A DNA stretch of 63,955 bases, filler included, from Octopus bimaculoides (lineage: Eukaryota), in the NCBI RefSeq assembly GCF_001194135.2. It is 5 parts of 5 records of this genome, joined end to end, with 100 filler letters (N's around TTAATTAATTAA, not from the genome) between each part and the next. Parts side by side here need not be neighbours in the genome. Positions count along the whole stretch, not along the records: positions 10,696 to 36,197 come from NC_068986.1; positions 36,298 to 57,710 come from NC_068987.1; 3 more parts are not named here. One strand, written 5' to 3'. Positions 24,093 through 36,660 of this stretch are shown here, piece after piece. The translations under genes and the position numbers were made by a program. Each line of letters begins with the position of its first letter. The stretch's first letter is position 1. A model generated the notes under the pieces. The model was not told the origin of the DNA. It did not search any database and worked only from the letters and a program-made list of their open reading frames with translations.

Positions 24093-27000
24093 AACGGCCG
24101 GATTTAAAGTTTGTAAGGAGGGAGCGGGGCACTTCAAGTCCAGTGGGCTCCTTATACACAGAAATTAAAATCTATGAAAAATCGCCAAATTTACATGTCA
24201 TGAAATTGAAATCGATTATTTAGCAAAAGTTTGTCATCTAAACTAAGTACAGCAAGTTTTACCAACTTCACACAATATACTCCAAGAGATACAAAAAGAC
24301 TTTCTACACTTAATATGGGGAAAAATCTTTAATGATTTCCTCGAACGGTTTCGTCTGTAGAACACTGCTTTCTACATCTAAACGATACAAAGTTTTCATA
24401 CCTTATTGTTGTTCTCAGATGATTCTTCATCAGCCCTAATTTACTGAATGCCTCTCTCCTGAACAACTAGAGAGCATGAAGCTCAGATATATTCTAAGAG
24501 CCACCTCAATAGTTGGAAAGGTTTCAGCAAGCCCTTCATTATGAATTAAAAGTGCCTGTTGAGATGGGATGAATCATGACCTTTATATGAAACCAAAATA
24601 GCTAACAGCTTCATGACAGCAAGAAACAACAGCTTGTCCAACACGATTCAACGAATGAGCAGCAGAGGGAATGAAAACTGCAGTCGGATTCTTTTCTTTG
24701 AGTCTGATTCGCATTACTGTGTAGTGACAGGACGTATTACTGGCGTTGTCATAGGGCTGTCCATTGTAGATTTCAAACTTTATACCTACTTTTTAAAGGA
24801 ATTCTAATAGAGATGTCAGTACTTACGTTAAAGAAATTCTAACAAAGATGTTTCCAGTCTGCAGGAAAGTGAAAATCATTTCTATTAGCTTCTCAGGAAC
24901 AACATAGCGCACAATAACTGTTAGCAAATCAGCATGAGCGCGGTCTGATGTTAAAAATCTACCGAAACTGACAAGTACTCGGCAGTTTTAAGTTCTGCTA
25001 CAATACGATTCACATATTTTGTGATGATAGTGATTAGTATGACTGCTTACATATGTATGAACGCGGCATTGCCAAATGCCTTCAAGTGACCCGTTAGAAA
25101 TTGCTCAAATTGTGCAAAACCCCCCGAAATTTCTATTGCGTTTAGATCCTATGGTCTCTTCACTACCCCTAAATGCCAGGCCGCTCTCGTCCACAATACA
25201 GCGCAATATTTCAGTCCGATATTTATTGTTTTTGTGCACTTGTTTTCCCAAATCTTTATTAACATGAGGACATTCCCTACATAAAATATTGAGCTACAAC
25301 ACAATATATGTGGTCTTGGCTTTGCTCAAGTGTTTTTATTTTCTACCCTACTATTTTTCCAGTCATTAAAACCAACCGTGTTGGAAAATCTATCACAGTG
25401 GCTTGATACATCAAAGTACAGTAAATGAACTGCACTCTTTCATGAGCTCTACAGGATCCATTTTCTCAAACGCTGCTCATCAATGTCAGAAATAGTATAA
25501 AACATGGAATGTTTAAAATAACGACAGTGCCCATCCAGTTTGCCTTCAACTTTTTAAAAAATTCTATAATGGCGTCAAAACTCTGGATTGTGAAAGAACA
25601 CGGACACATTTTTCTCTGGCAGAAAACTACCTGGCTTAGTCTCGATCCCAAGAAGGCATTTTATTAACAATGTTAGCAGAATGTAGTGATTTTTCAGTTT
25701 CAATGTCTTGAGTTGATATGTTCCTCCTATTTTTTGCAGATGCACTTGGGAGTGCGGCGAGTTTCTTAAAAAAAAGAAAAGAAAAAAAAACAAACATCTG
25801 TTACTGAGTTTTCATCAGCTCCTAAGTTTTCCTTGTTTTCGAAGCAAATAAAATTTCTGTCAGGTTTTCTGTCTTTGCCAATAGAGTAGCATTTTTTCAC
25901 TTCTTTCTAGGAAAAGTTTTTTTGAGAAAGCTGAGCATTCTGTGTTATACTAGATATTCTGAGAGAAAATATTAACAAAAGCAAAGAGAAAATAGTCTCG
26001 AAAAGAACAGACAACAGCCAGGTAAACTTCGTTTCATCTAGTCACAGGTATACTAACCCAAACTGTTTACACATACGCAAATTGGTAGGCTGACGAAGAT
26101 AAAAAATATAGAAAAAAAGAAACGATTAACAATTGCAGCATGGGAGGTGTTTATAAGCCATTTAAAAAACACACAAAAACTGGTAGATTCACTTCAACAT
26201 TTAAATTTAATTTGCCAATATATTTTTGTCGCTTTGAGACCGCGACCTGATCACTGACAAAATTCCGTGCTGCAGTGATCAGGTCGCGGTCTCAAAATTC
26301 TGTGCTGTCAGTGATCGGGACACAACGAAAATATTTTGGCAAAGTAAATTTAATTGTTGAAGTGAATCTAACGGTTTTTGTGTGTGTTTTACATGGCTTA
26401 TAAACACCTTCCACGCTGCAATTGTTTTCGTCCCAGCACACAATCTTAGATCAGGTCACTTTCTATGCAAATGCGTCTCCATAAAGAAAAGACTAAGTAT
26501 AATAGAAAACAAAAATTTGAACAAGTCATATTCCAAATTAAAAGAATGAAAAACTATTTTTATCTGTGGAATCTTACCTTTTTTCGTAAATATGATCAGC
26601 ATACCAAAACACTTCAATGTCAAACAGAATAATGAACTTTAAGGAGTGACAATATATGTGAGTGCGCGTTTGTTTGTGAATATATGTGTGTGTATGTATG
26701 TGTGTCCGTGTGTGTGTGTGTTTATCATTTAATCGCAAGTACAAAAACCTGAAACTAACAAGCCATCGTAGGGTCACACATCTTTTATCTATCTGCCTTT
26801 TATATAGATGCATTGATGCATTAAATATTTTCCACAAAGTTTCCTTTTTGTTATTTTTGCTTTACTTTGATTTTTTTCTCTATACATCTGCTTGTTTTAT
26901 TTATTTCCAAGGGAATAGGGTTGAGTAACTTCTGTCATTAAAGTACAGAAATGCAGTACTTTCTTCTTAACGATTTAAGTAGGTCTTTTTTAAAGAATTA

Positions 27001-27166
27001 GACAGGGAAGGCCACCTTCATGCAAGCTTGCTGGGGCGGTGGCGTCTACCGGTGTAGAAACACCACCGGTGACAGCACCCTTCTGATATTTTTTGGGGGG
27101 GATGGGGGATAGTGGATAGCGGGACAATTGCCCCTTTTGCCCCCCTCCACTATAAACTCGGTTGTA
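24093..27166 (-). mobile_element. Decayed hAT transposon (ZMYM1/DUF4371-type transposase), internally deleted
   Basis: Minus frames give TTF-finger-like RKWIL, then GLAFRGSEETIG, then GQPYDNASN...NPTAVFIPSAAHSLNRVG, then C-terminal dimerisation ETFPTIEVALRIYLSFMLSSCSGER...KLGLMKNHLRTT. Degenerate TIRs are ACGGCCGGATTTAAAG / CTATAAACTCGGTTGT. Confidence 0.85.
26130..26424. repeat. About 295-bp foldback inserted in the hAT element (probably an inverted Penelope-like end)
   Basis: CAATTGCAGCATGGGAGGTGTTTATAAGCCAT pairs with ATGGCTTATAAACACCTTCCACGCTGCAATTG. The inner inverted repeat is GAGACCGCGACCTGATCACTG / CAGTGATCAGGTCGCGGTCTC. Confidence 0.85.
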
Positions 27167-27344
27167 GCATTTGCACAGTATTTTCATTCATATACATACG
27201 GAACTCAAAGTAAATAAAGATAAATCTAAAAAAATCATTTTGAATAATGGGCTAAAAACCCTTGGTTGGGAAAAAGCAAATAGCTGCCTGAGTAACTCGA
27301 ACCGATATCTTCAGTAAACTTGGTAGTCGTTCGAACCAATTCAC

Positions 27345-27390
27345 CAGAGCAGTTCTTCCAATTTTCGACATTCGTTTTGAAAGTCTTGTT
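27345..27390 (-). CDS. Candidate 46-nt exon (EQDFQNECRKLEELL or NKTFKTNVENWKNCS)
   Basis: cactcacttctAG|AACAAG...GCTCTG|GTGAAT. Phase-compatible with 27668-27738 in two frames. Confidence 0.3.
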
Positions 27391-27667
27391 CTAGAAGTGA
27401 GTGTTGTAAGAGGTTTACATTATAAGAATTTGGAAGCTTCGAGAGATATGAAGATTTTAACAGAGGAAATCTAAATAGATAAAGCTATAAATTAATAGAA
27501 CTATAAACTAATAGCGCGTAGAATATTTGCTTTTATGGTAGTCTGTAGCTCATCACCAGTTAACGTTCATGTATATACATCTATTCTCGAGAATATATTT
27601 TGGATCTGAAAACTTCTTCCAAGGCTTTTACATAAAATATTGCACAGCTCTAAAATTGTTGACCCAC

Positions 27668-27738
27668 CTTGATCAATAGCAACCCATTTTCCATAGTCAT
27701 CTTGAACTTCCTGTGTTTCTTCATTCGGTAATCTACGC
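27668..27738 (-). CDS. Candidate 71-nt exon (RRLPNEETQEVQDDYGKWVAIDQ or GVDYRMKKHRKFKMTMENGLLLIK)
   Basis: CTAAC...cctgtcttgttcAG|GCGTAG...GATCAAG|GTGGGT. Confidence 0.38.
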
Positions 27739-28739
27739 CTGAACAAGACAGGTTTCTGTTAGAAGCCGCGAAACGTTAAACGGCATGGAGCTGAATCAAA
27801 CTGTTTTAAACAATAATACATGTAACTCCTACTAAGTCCGTTGAGTACCTTTTTCATTCGTTTGTCCACTCGTATATATATATATATNNNNNNNNNNNNN
27901 NNNNNNNNNNNNNNNNNNNNNNNNNNNNNNNNNNNNNNNNNNNNNNNNNNNNNNNNNNNNNNNNNNNNNNNNNNNNNNNNNNNNNNNNNNNNNNNNNNNN
28001 NNNNNNNNNNNNNNNNNNNNNNNNNNNNNNNNNNNNNNNNNNNNNNNNNNNNNNNNNNNNNNNNNNNNNNNNNNNNNNNNNNNNNNNNNNNNNNNNNNNN
28101 NNNNNNNNNNNNNNNNNNNNNNNNNNNNNNNNNNNNNNNNNNNNNNNNNNNNNNNNNNNNNNNNNNNNNNNNNNNNNNNNNNNNNNNNNNNNNNNNNNNN
28201 NNNNNNNNNNNNNNNNNNNNNNNNNNNNNNNNNNNNNNNNNNNNNNNNNNNNNNNNNNNNNNNNNNNNNNNNNNNNNNNNNNNNNNNNNNNNNNNNNNNN
28301 NNNNNNNNNNNNNNNNNNNNNNNNNNNNNNNNNNNNNNNNNNNNNNNNNNNNNNNNNNNNNNNNNNNNNNNNNNNNNNNNNNNNNNNNNNNNNNNNNNNN
28401 NNNNNNNNNNNNNNNNNNNNNNNNNNNNNNNNNNNNNNNNNNNNNNNNNNNNNNNNNNNNNNNNNNNNNNNNNNNNNNNNNNNNNNNNNNNNNNNNNNNN
28501 NNNNNNNNNNNNNNNNNNNNNNNNNNNNNNNNNNNNNNNNNNNNNNNNNNNNNNNNNNNNNNNNNNNNNNNNNNNNNNNNNNNNNNNNNNNNNNNNNNNN
28601 NNNNNNNNNNNNNNNNNNNNNNNNNNNNNNNNNNNNNNNNNNNNNNNNNNNNNNNNNNNNNNNNNNNNNNNNNNNNNNNNNNNNNNNNNNNNNNNNNNNN
28701 NNNNNNNNNNNNNNNNNNNTATATATATAAAGCACGATT

Positions 28740-29000
28740 TATTCGTTTCGTGATCAGAGTTGTTCGTGTATTTATATAGTAAATAAAAAATAAAAAAAAC
28801 GAAGAACGAACACAAGAAAAAACAACAGCGTGAGGACATGGTACATGCAAAGTATTAGCAGACGCTCAGGGAAGGAAAGGAAGGTGGTTTTACATTCCGG
28901 GCAAAGCTCTTCGTCAGAAACAGGAGACGAAAGAAAGTCCAAGAGAAAAGGAAGACGGAGGAAACAAATCGCCAACGATCCACATAATTAAGGTGGTTAG
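28740..29000 (-). mobile_element. Penelope-like pLTR relic with degenerate hammerhead
   Basis: Minus strand TTT-CTGACGA-AGAGC-ttt-GCCCG-GAAT-GTA-AAAC at 28887-28920. Same family as 51980-52200. Confidence 0.6.
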
Positions 29001-29204
29001 AGAAAATTCAAAACTAAAAAACTAAAATGGAAATTCACCGTCACTAAAATCTGACGAAGGGTGCAAGGAGCATCAGCATTGATAGAAATAAGAAATAAAA
29101 GTAAAAGAACTCTTTAACCACGGAAGCATATATTCTATTTACTGACAGGGAAAACAACTTCCCCACCGCAATTATACATACACACACACAAACATATATA
29201 CACA

Positions 29205-29431
29205 TCGTGGCACTCCGTCGGTTACGACGACGAGGGTTCCAGTTGATCTGATCCAATGAACTCCACAGACGTGTACTCTTAACGTAGTTCTCAGGGAGAT
29301 TCAGCGAAACACAGAGTGTGACAAGGCTGGCCCTTTAGAAACAGGAAGAAAAAGTTGTGGTGAAAGAGTACAACTGGGTTCGAAACCACGATCCTACAAC
29401 TGCGAGTCCACTGCCCTAACCACTGGGCCAC
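29205..29431 (-). mobile_element. tRNA-derived SINE
   Basis: Head GTGGCCCAGTGGTTAGGGCAGTGGACTCGCAG...GGTTTCGAACCC carries A- and B-box-like motifs. Confidence 0.75.
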
Positions 29432-29666
29432 ACACACACACACGCACACACACANNNNNNNNNNNNNNNNNNNNNNNNNNNNNNNNNNNNNNNNNNNNNN
29501 NNNNNNNNNNNNNNNNNNNNNNNNNNNNNNNNNNNNNNNNNNNNNNNNNNNNNNNNNNNNNNNNNNNNNNNNNNNNNNNNNNNNNNNNNNNNNNNNNNNN
29601 NNNNNNNNNNNNNNNNNNNNNNNNNNNNNNNNNNNNNNNNNNNNNNNNNNNNNNNNNNNNNNNNNN

Positions 29667-29708
<42 letters not shown>

Positions 29709-29994
29709 GGTTTAGAGTCAAGATTTGACTGCTATTTTTCATCGTGGCGGTATCTCTTAGATACCCTGTATTATAATTTATATATATATATATATATATA
29801 TATAGATTGTCTATCTCGTACATACGCGCGTGCACACAAACACACAGACACACATACAAGAACACAGACACACACATGTGTATTACATACATATAGATTG
29901 TAATATCATATTCTTTCACATGCGTGTACGCGTGTGGGTGCATATAATATTGGAATATAGATGTGTACATCTATAATTTTTTTTCATTATGCAG

Positions 29995-30010
29995 AAGAAT
30001 ATAAATCGAA
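29995..30010 (+). other. Candidate 16-nt microexon
   Basis: ttttttttcattatgcAG|AAGAATATAAATCGAA|GTGAGT. Not frame-preserving. Confidence 0.22.
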
Positions 30011-31177
30011 GTGAGTGTATTAAAATTGAGGACAGTATCTATATTTTTTGCTATACACCCATGCCGATACATTTTTTTTTATTACAAGTTGTACCCAACC
30101 TTAAACCGGCAGCTCCCCCCACACAACAAATTATTCCAGTAATGTACCTGTCACCTTTTACCAGCTCAGAGAATAAAACAAAATTTATAAAACTGCTGTG
30201 CAAATTCTTTAAAAACAAATAAAATAAGTATATAAATGTAAAATTTATTTTCTCAAATTCAACGATTAATAGGATACGTATAATATCCAATATGTGTGTG
30301 TGTATGTGCGTGCGTGTGTGTGTGTGTGTATGTGTGCGTGCGTGCATGCGTGCGTGTGTGATACTCTAAATGGTAAAATTCCCAATTTTCACCTCACTCA
30401 AATACGACCATATATTCGGACGGCACATTTTCTTCACAACATTAAATCATTGTATCAAAGTCTATTTTTTGTTGAGATTTCGGCTTTTATTAAACATTTT
30501 TTTTTCCTGTTTTTACCATCATCTAAAATGTGTATGAGTCATCACAAAACATTAAAAAAATTCTTATTTATCTGTATGTCTATCTATCTGTCTTATGTAT
30601 ATCTATACTTTACCTATCCATCAATCTCATTCTTTTCGTTCTACGCACACACGCTCAAACATAGTCATATTCACGTTGCATCTTCTATATCACGAGCGTG
30701 CACAAAAAATATAAGCATGCGTACTCTTTTAAATATATGTATTTATGACTCTGTGTGTGTGCACGCGCGTATGCGTACGTATTTGTGTGTGTGTCCGATT
30801 GAATTTTCGTTAAAATGATTGATAAGCTCTATTTACACACATTTAAGCTATTTAGATATTTACGCTTCATATATACATATGCTTCAGCATACATACACAT
30901 GAACCTACAAACCCACGTGCACACGCATGGAAGCACACACACACACACACTCGTGCACATCATACATTTGAGTTAGAGGTATAACATTCGATGTGGTGCA
31001 TGTGTATGAATATATATACCTCTCTTTGTGCGTATGTAGTATACATTTATACATACGTACGTGCTTACATATATTCATAGATATATACATACGTACATTC
31101 ATGCATGCATGCACACATACATACATAGCTACATATATACATAGCTACATACATACATATATACATACATACATACA

Positions 31178-31208
<31 letters not shown>

Positions 31209-31367
31209 GTATGGCACAGATTACCTACACAATTTTATAGATGTTGTTTAGATGTATAGTGTATAATATATAATGTCTTCACATTAAAAAAGGCACGGCT
31301 TTCAGCTGGTGTGTTTCAAGAATGACTTCCAGGGGCCATAACAGAAATATTGCACGGTTGGACCCAC

Positions 31368-31406
31368 AGCACCAAGTTGAGGAACGGGGAAGGTTATGCT
31401 ATGTCG
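31368..31406 (-). CDS. Candidate 39-nt exon (RHSITFPVPQLGA)
   Basis: Long pyrimidine tract ...ctactttcaaAG|CGACAT...GGTGCT|GTGGGT. Confidence 0.22.
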
Positions 31407-31590
31407 CTTTGAAAGTAGAATTGTTTTAAAGAAGAAAACGGTTGTGAAATAAATGAAATAAATATCTACTTGCACACATACCACATACACAAATACATAC
31501 CTTCCAGTATATCTACAAGTGTACATAGATATATAAATACATACACACATACATGCATATACATGCATACATATATTTATATACTTATAC

Positions 31591-31635
<45 letters not shown>

Positions 31636-32049
31636 CGCATGCATACGTTATATCATATATATACTAATATATGTACTTATATACATACCCCCCACCACAC
31701 ATATATATGTATATATATATGCATGTATGTATATATATATATATATATCTATGTATTTATTCATCTAAATGTATATATAATAGATAGATAAATATACATA
31801 TACATATCATAAACACATATACTTAGACACATACACATATGTATATCATATATATATATATGAATATATAGTTGATTGTCTATATAAATTTGAAGCTCAC
31901 TCATGTAACATTTCAGCTAATTTCATATAAAGACTAATTAAGTTTCCAGAAAATGAACTAGAGAAATTTAGTAAATTATATTTAGATTTCTTCAATTCAA
32001 AAATTTTGATTTCTTCAATTCAGAAATTTAATAAACTACCAGTTTACTG

Positions 32050-33350
32050 TTAGTTTATAAAATAACAAAACGTCGCTAGTCAATGATATATACAGCACAT
32101 AACTGCAAATTCATTTTGACATAGTTTTGATTTTTACCTTGTATTACAAAACATTTTCTTCAAAAACCTTTAGCAGATGGTTGTTCATTCTTTAACATTG
32201 ATGCCCTTGATATTGATGTTATAAAGAATATTCGAAAGTAATTAGTTTTCCATGATAATTCCTTTCGGGTCAGACACCAACGCAATGAGGCTCTTGCTCT
32301 GGATATGTCTAATGACCATAAGCAGAAGTGCGATAGCTAGTAGGGCTATGTGTTGTAGATAAATTTCCTCAAAATATTCACAATTTAAAATTAAGTACGG
32401 CATAATCGGACGAAGGCCGGATCATATTAAACTTCAATAATACATTCCATGTTCATAAAATCATCCATAAAAGCCTAATAGTAAGATTGTTAATTGCCCA
32501 GATATCACTTTAAGCTTACATGCTGGCTATTGCCTCTGATATATATATAATCTCTGTAGTAACAATCCGGTAGTCTTAAAAAAATTGTTGTAAAATTAAA
32601 AGGATTTACAACATCAGCTCTAAAATATCCTTCAACAGCGTCCATTATCATTACAATGATGCTCTAGCAGAGAATGGTGTTGCAGACAAAATAGAGTTCA
32701 ATGCAGTAAACTGTAATAATATGCACACAAATATTAATCAAAAGAAAATGAATTGGTTCAAACTACCTTTTAGATTCTATGTTATTTCTAATGTTATTTC
32801 AAATGTAGCAAAAAATAACCCACAGCTAGTACCTAAACACTTACTATAAACTGTAGCTGTAGTTAATAGAAAAAGATGAATAGGAAAATTCTTGGAAATG
32901 CAAAAATCAGACATAAAGAAAAGTGAACGGATCTGAGTGAACCTCCATCTCAATGTAATTATAACGTTGCTACTTCTTACTCATACGATCGAAAGTACTT
33001 TGATAATGCATCGACGTACCGAACTCAAATATATTCACCTGATAAAAAAGATCAATCTTACAGCCAATTTGTTTAAAAGATGAAATGCACAACGTATTAT
33101 TTAGCGAGAACATTTCATCATTGGCAAAATATATATGAAGTTTTAAAGAGAAAAAGCTGAAAATATTAAAACAGACTGGTTAGTCATTGAGAATGCGTCT
33201 CTTTACACAGATGGATCCAATAGATTCCATCAGTCTTGAAAAGATTTTAATGTCATAACAAAAGATTACATAATATTAAAATGTTTGAACTATTCTCAAG
33301 TTGTCTAAACGATGTTCAGTACTTCTTGAGCCAATTTGAAATACAGGCGG
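32050..33350 (+). mobile_element. Highly degenerate Penelope-like retroelement (RT plus C-terminal GIY-YIG)
   Basis: Fragments KFI.FDIV.F.PCITK, AEV.*LVGL, HYNDALAENG...KIEF...NWFKLPF and ENIKTDWLVIENASLYTDGSNR occur in the order expected for a PLE. Confidence 0.75.
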
Positions 33351-33683
33351 GTTAAGTTGCGGGATCTATTTACATTAAACGTCAAAGAAAAAATTGTCTC
33401 AAAAATATATCATATTTTACAAGAAACATCTAATAAACCCTTTTACGAAAAACCACTTATAACATCAAATAACGTTTAAATTCACCAATATATTTTTTGT
33501 TATTATTTTCATTTTAATAATCTTCTTTTTATTATTCCGTATGATAAATAATTATTATACATAAATAATCCATCTTAATATAATTTTCATTTTATATTGT
33601 ATATATTACTTTTACTGTAAACATATAACAACTATTTGCATTTTTATTTAACTTTTTTTAAGATGGCGGTGTGTTATACATTG

Positions 33684-33722
<39 letters not shown>

Positions 33723-33906
33723 NNNNNNNNNNNNNNNNNNNNNNNNNNNNNNNNNNNNNNNNNNNNNNNNNNNNNNNNNNNNNNNNNNNNNNNNNNNNNN
33801 NNNNNNNNNNNNNNNNNNNNNNNNNNNNNNNNNNNNNNNNNNNNNNNNNNNNNNNNNNNNNNNNNNNNNNNNNNNNNNNNNNNNNNNNNNNNNNNNNNNN
33901 NNNNNN

Positions 33907-33950
<44 letters not shown>

Positions 33951-34275
33951 AAGAGAGGCAGGGAGCGAGATATAGATAGATAAATGCAGTGTTGTACTGA
34001 ATAAATTTTCTCTATTAAAGAATGCAGGCTGTAACGAGGTTAACAAAAACAATTTTCTTTCATGTATAAATGTGTTTAACTGTATTACTATTTTCCTACC
34101 GGTGTCTGTGTGTGCATATCTGTGTGTGCATATCTGTGTGTGCCTGTGTACGTGAGTTGACTTGCACTCACATTATTTACGTTATAAATACCATGATTTA
34201 AATACCAGAAATCAGTCACACACTCAATGTTGCTTGTGAAACTCTGATTATTAAGGAGTAATCACATCACATCAC

Positions 34276-34359
<84 letters not shown>

Positions 34360-34774
34360 NNNNNNNNNNNNNNNNNNNNNNNNNNNNNNNNNNNNNNNNN
34401 NNNNNNNNNNNNNNNNNNNNNNNNNNNNNNNNNNNNNNNNNNNNNNNNNNNNNNNNNNNNNNNNNNNNNNNNNNNNNNNNNNNNNNNNNNNNNNNNNNNN
34501 NNNNNNNNNNNNNNNNNNNNNNNNNNNNNNNNNNNNNNNNNNNNNNNNNNNNNNNNNNNNNNNNNNNNNNNNNNNNNNNNNNNNNNNNNNNNNNNNNNNN
34601 NNNNNNNNNNNNNNNNNNNNNNNNNNNNNNNNNNNNNNNNNNNNNNNNNNNNNNNNNNNNNNNNNNNNNNNNNNNNNNNNNNNNNNNNNNNNNNNNNNNN
34701 NNNNNNNNNNNNNNNNNNNNNNNNNNNNNNNNNNNNNNNNNNNNNNNNNNNNNNNNNNNNNNNNNNNNNNNNNN

Positions 34775-34838
34775 GCCGTCTAAAGAATGTAAACGAACCA
34801 TCATCGGTTGCCAAGCTATGGTGGGAGGACAAACACAA

Positions 34839-34886
<48 letters not shown>

Positions 34887-34985
34887 GAATGATGGGACTC
34901 TTTCAGTTTCCGTTTACCATATTCACTCACAAGGTTTTGGTCGACCCGAGGCTGTAGTAGAAGACACTTGTCAAAGGTGCTATGA
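34775..34985 (-). mobile_element. tRNA-SINE with internal (CA)n (61201 family), partial
   Basis: TTTCAGTTTCCGTTTACC...GGTCGACCCGAGGCTGTAGTAGAAGACACTTG. Confidence 0.75.
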
Positions 34986-35257
34986 ATGCATGTATGTATG
35001 TATGTATGTATGTATGTATGTATGTTGTGTGTGCATGTGTGCGTGTATGTGTGTGTGTGTGTGTGTGTCTATACACATATTTATGTTCCTATAGATGCGT
35101 ATATGTATATAATTATTCTCGCATTTAAATTGTCATATATTAGTTATATGTATAAGAGTTTGTTTATGTTCCGTACATTTATTTGGCTATTACAAATATA
35201 GAATATTGTACATACATACATACCCAGATGATGCATACACACGTATATACATATATA

Positions 35258-35296
<39 letters not shown>

Positions 35297-36297
35297 TACA
35301 CACTTATCAACTCATACTATCTCCTTTCTGTCTCACATTCCCTCAATATATAATTTATAAAGCTATATATAAACACATACATGCATACATACATACATAC
35401 ATACATACATACGTATATACATACATACATGCATACACACATACATACTTACATACACACATACATACATACCTACATACATACCTACCTACCTACATAC
35501 ATACATACATACATACATGCACAAGCACATATGTAAATAGGTATATATATACATATATTAGTACATAGGATTATACACAAACTCATTGACACACATTGAC
35601 ACACATTGACACATACGCATACATCTTATTTTATACCTCAACTACGTATATTGGAAAAAAAAACTTTCAGGAAGACTCCTGAAATATCCAGCCATCTAAT
35701 TAAGTAAATATGACCTTAAATTAACCCGAACAGAAAAAGTACATAAGGAAATATAACTCATTCTATAGCAAGATATAAAATCGAGACAACAAAAGGTAAA
35801 AATGAAAGAAAATTATATGAGAAATATGAAGTATGAAGGTCTTTTTGTGTTATATATATGAGTACGCCTGTGCCAGTGTTTGTATGTGTGTTTGTTTGCG
35901 TGTGTGTGGAAGCATGTGTTTCTATGTGCGAGAGCCCGCGAGAGTATGTAGAAGAACAATTGATAAATGTTACAACTCTATATTTGATGATCTATAGCTA
36001 CAAGTGAGTGGGAAATGGGGCTGGCACACAGCGGTAGGTGTATACATGTATTTGTATGTATGTTTGTATGTATGTATGTATGTATCTATGTATGTATATA
36101 CGTACGTACGTACGTATATATGTATGCCTGAATGTATGTATGCATGCATATATATGTATATATATATACAAACACACACACACACACACACACACACNNN
36201 NNNNNNNNNNNNNNNNNNNNNNNNNNNNNNNNNNNNNNNNNTTAATTAATTAANNNNNNNNNNNNNNNNNNNNNNNNNNNNNNNNNNNNNNNNNNNN

Positions 36298-36660
36298 CCA
36301 TGTCAACGAAAGCCAGGTACAGAGGTTTATCCTTAGCTAGGTATTTCTCCTGCAACTGTCTCACTAGAAATAAGGCATCAGTAGTGCTTTTACCTGGCAC
36401 GAACCCAAACTGCATCTCATCTAAATTGATTCGCTCCCTAATTAGTTGGGCTATGACCCTCTCTGTAACTTTCATAACCTGATCTAACAGCTTGATGCCT
36501 CTGTAATTATTTGTATCTAAAGCGTCACCTTTACCTTTGTAGCAGTTGACTGTGATGCTGCTACACCAGTCATTGGGTATGACTCCTTCGTGTATCACCT
36601 GGTTCGTAATACGGGTGACTGTATCACCTGGTTCGTAATACGGGTGACTCGTAATACCCA
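36298..36660 (-). mobile_element. Young RTE LINE RT fragment
   Basis: Open frame IPNDWCSSITVNCYKGKGDALDTNNYRGIKLLDQVMKV...QFGFVPGKSTTDALF...YLAFVDM, cut by the assembly spacer. Confidence 0.92.

Noticed and set aside
24300-25750. ZMYM1 or THAP12-like host gene
   Set aside because: Many stops, an internal deletion and transposon termini make it a hAT relic.
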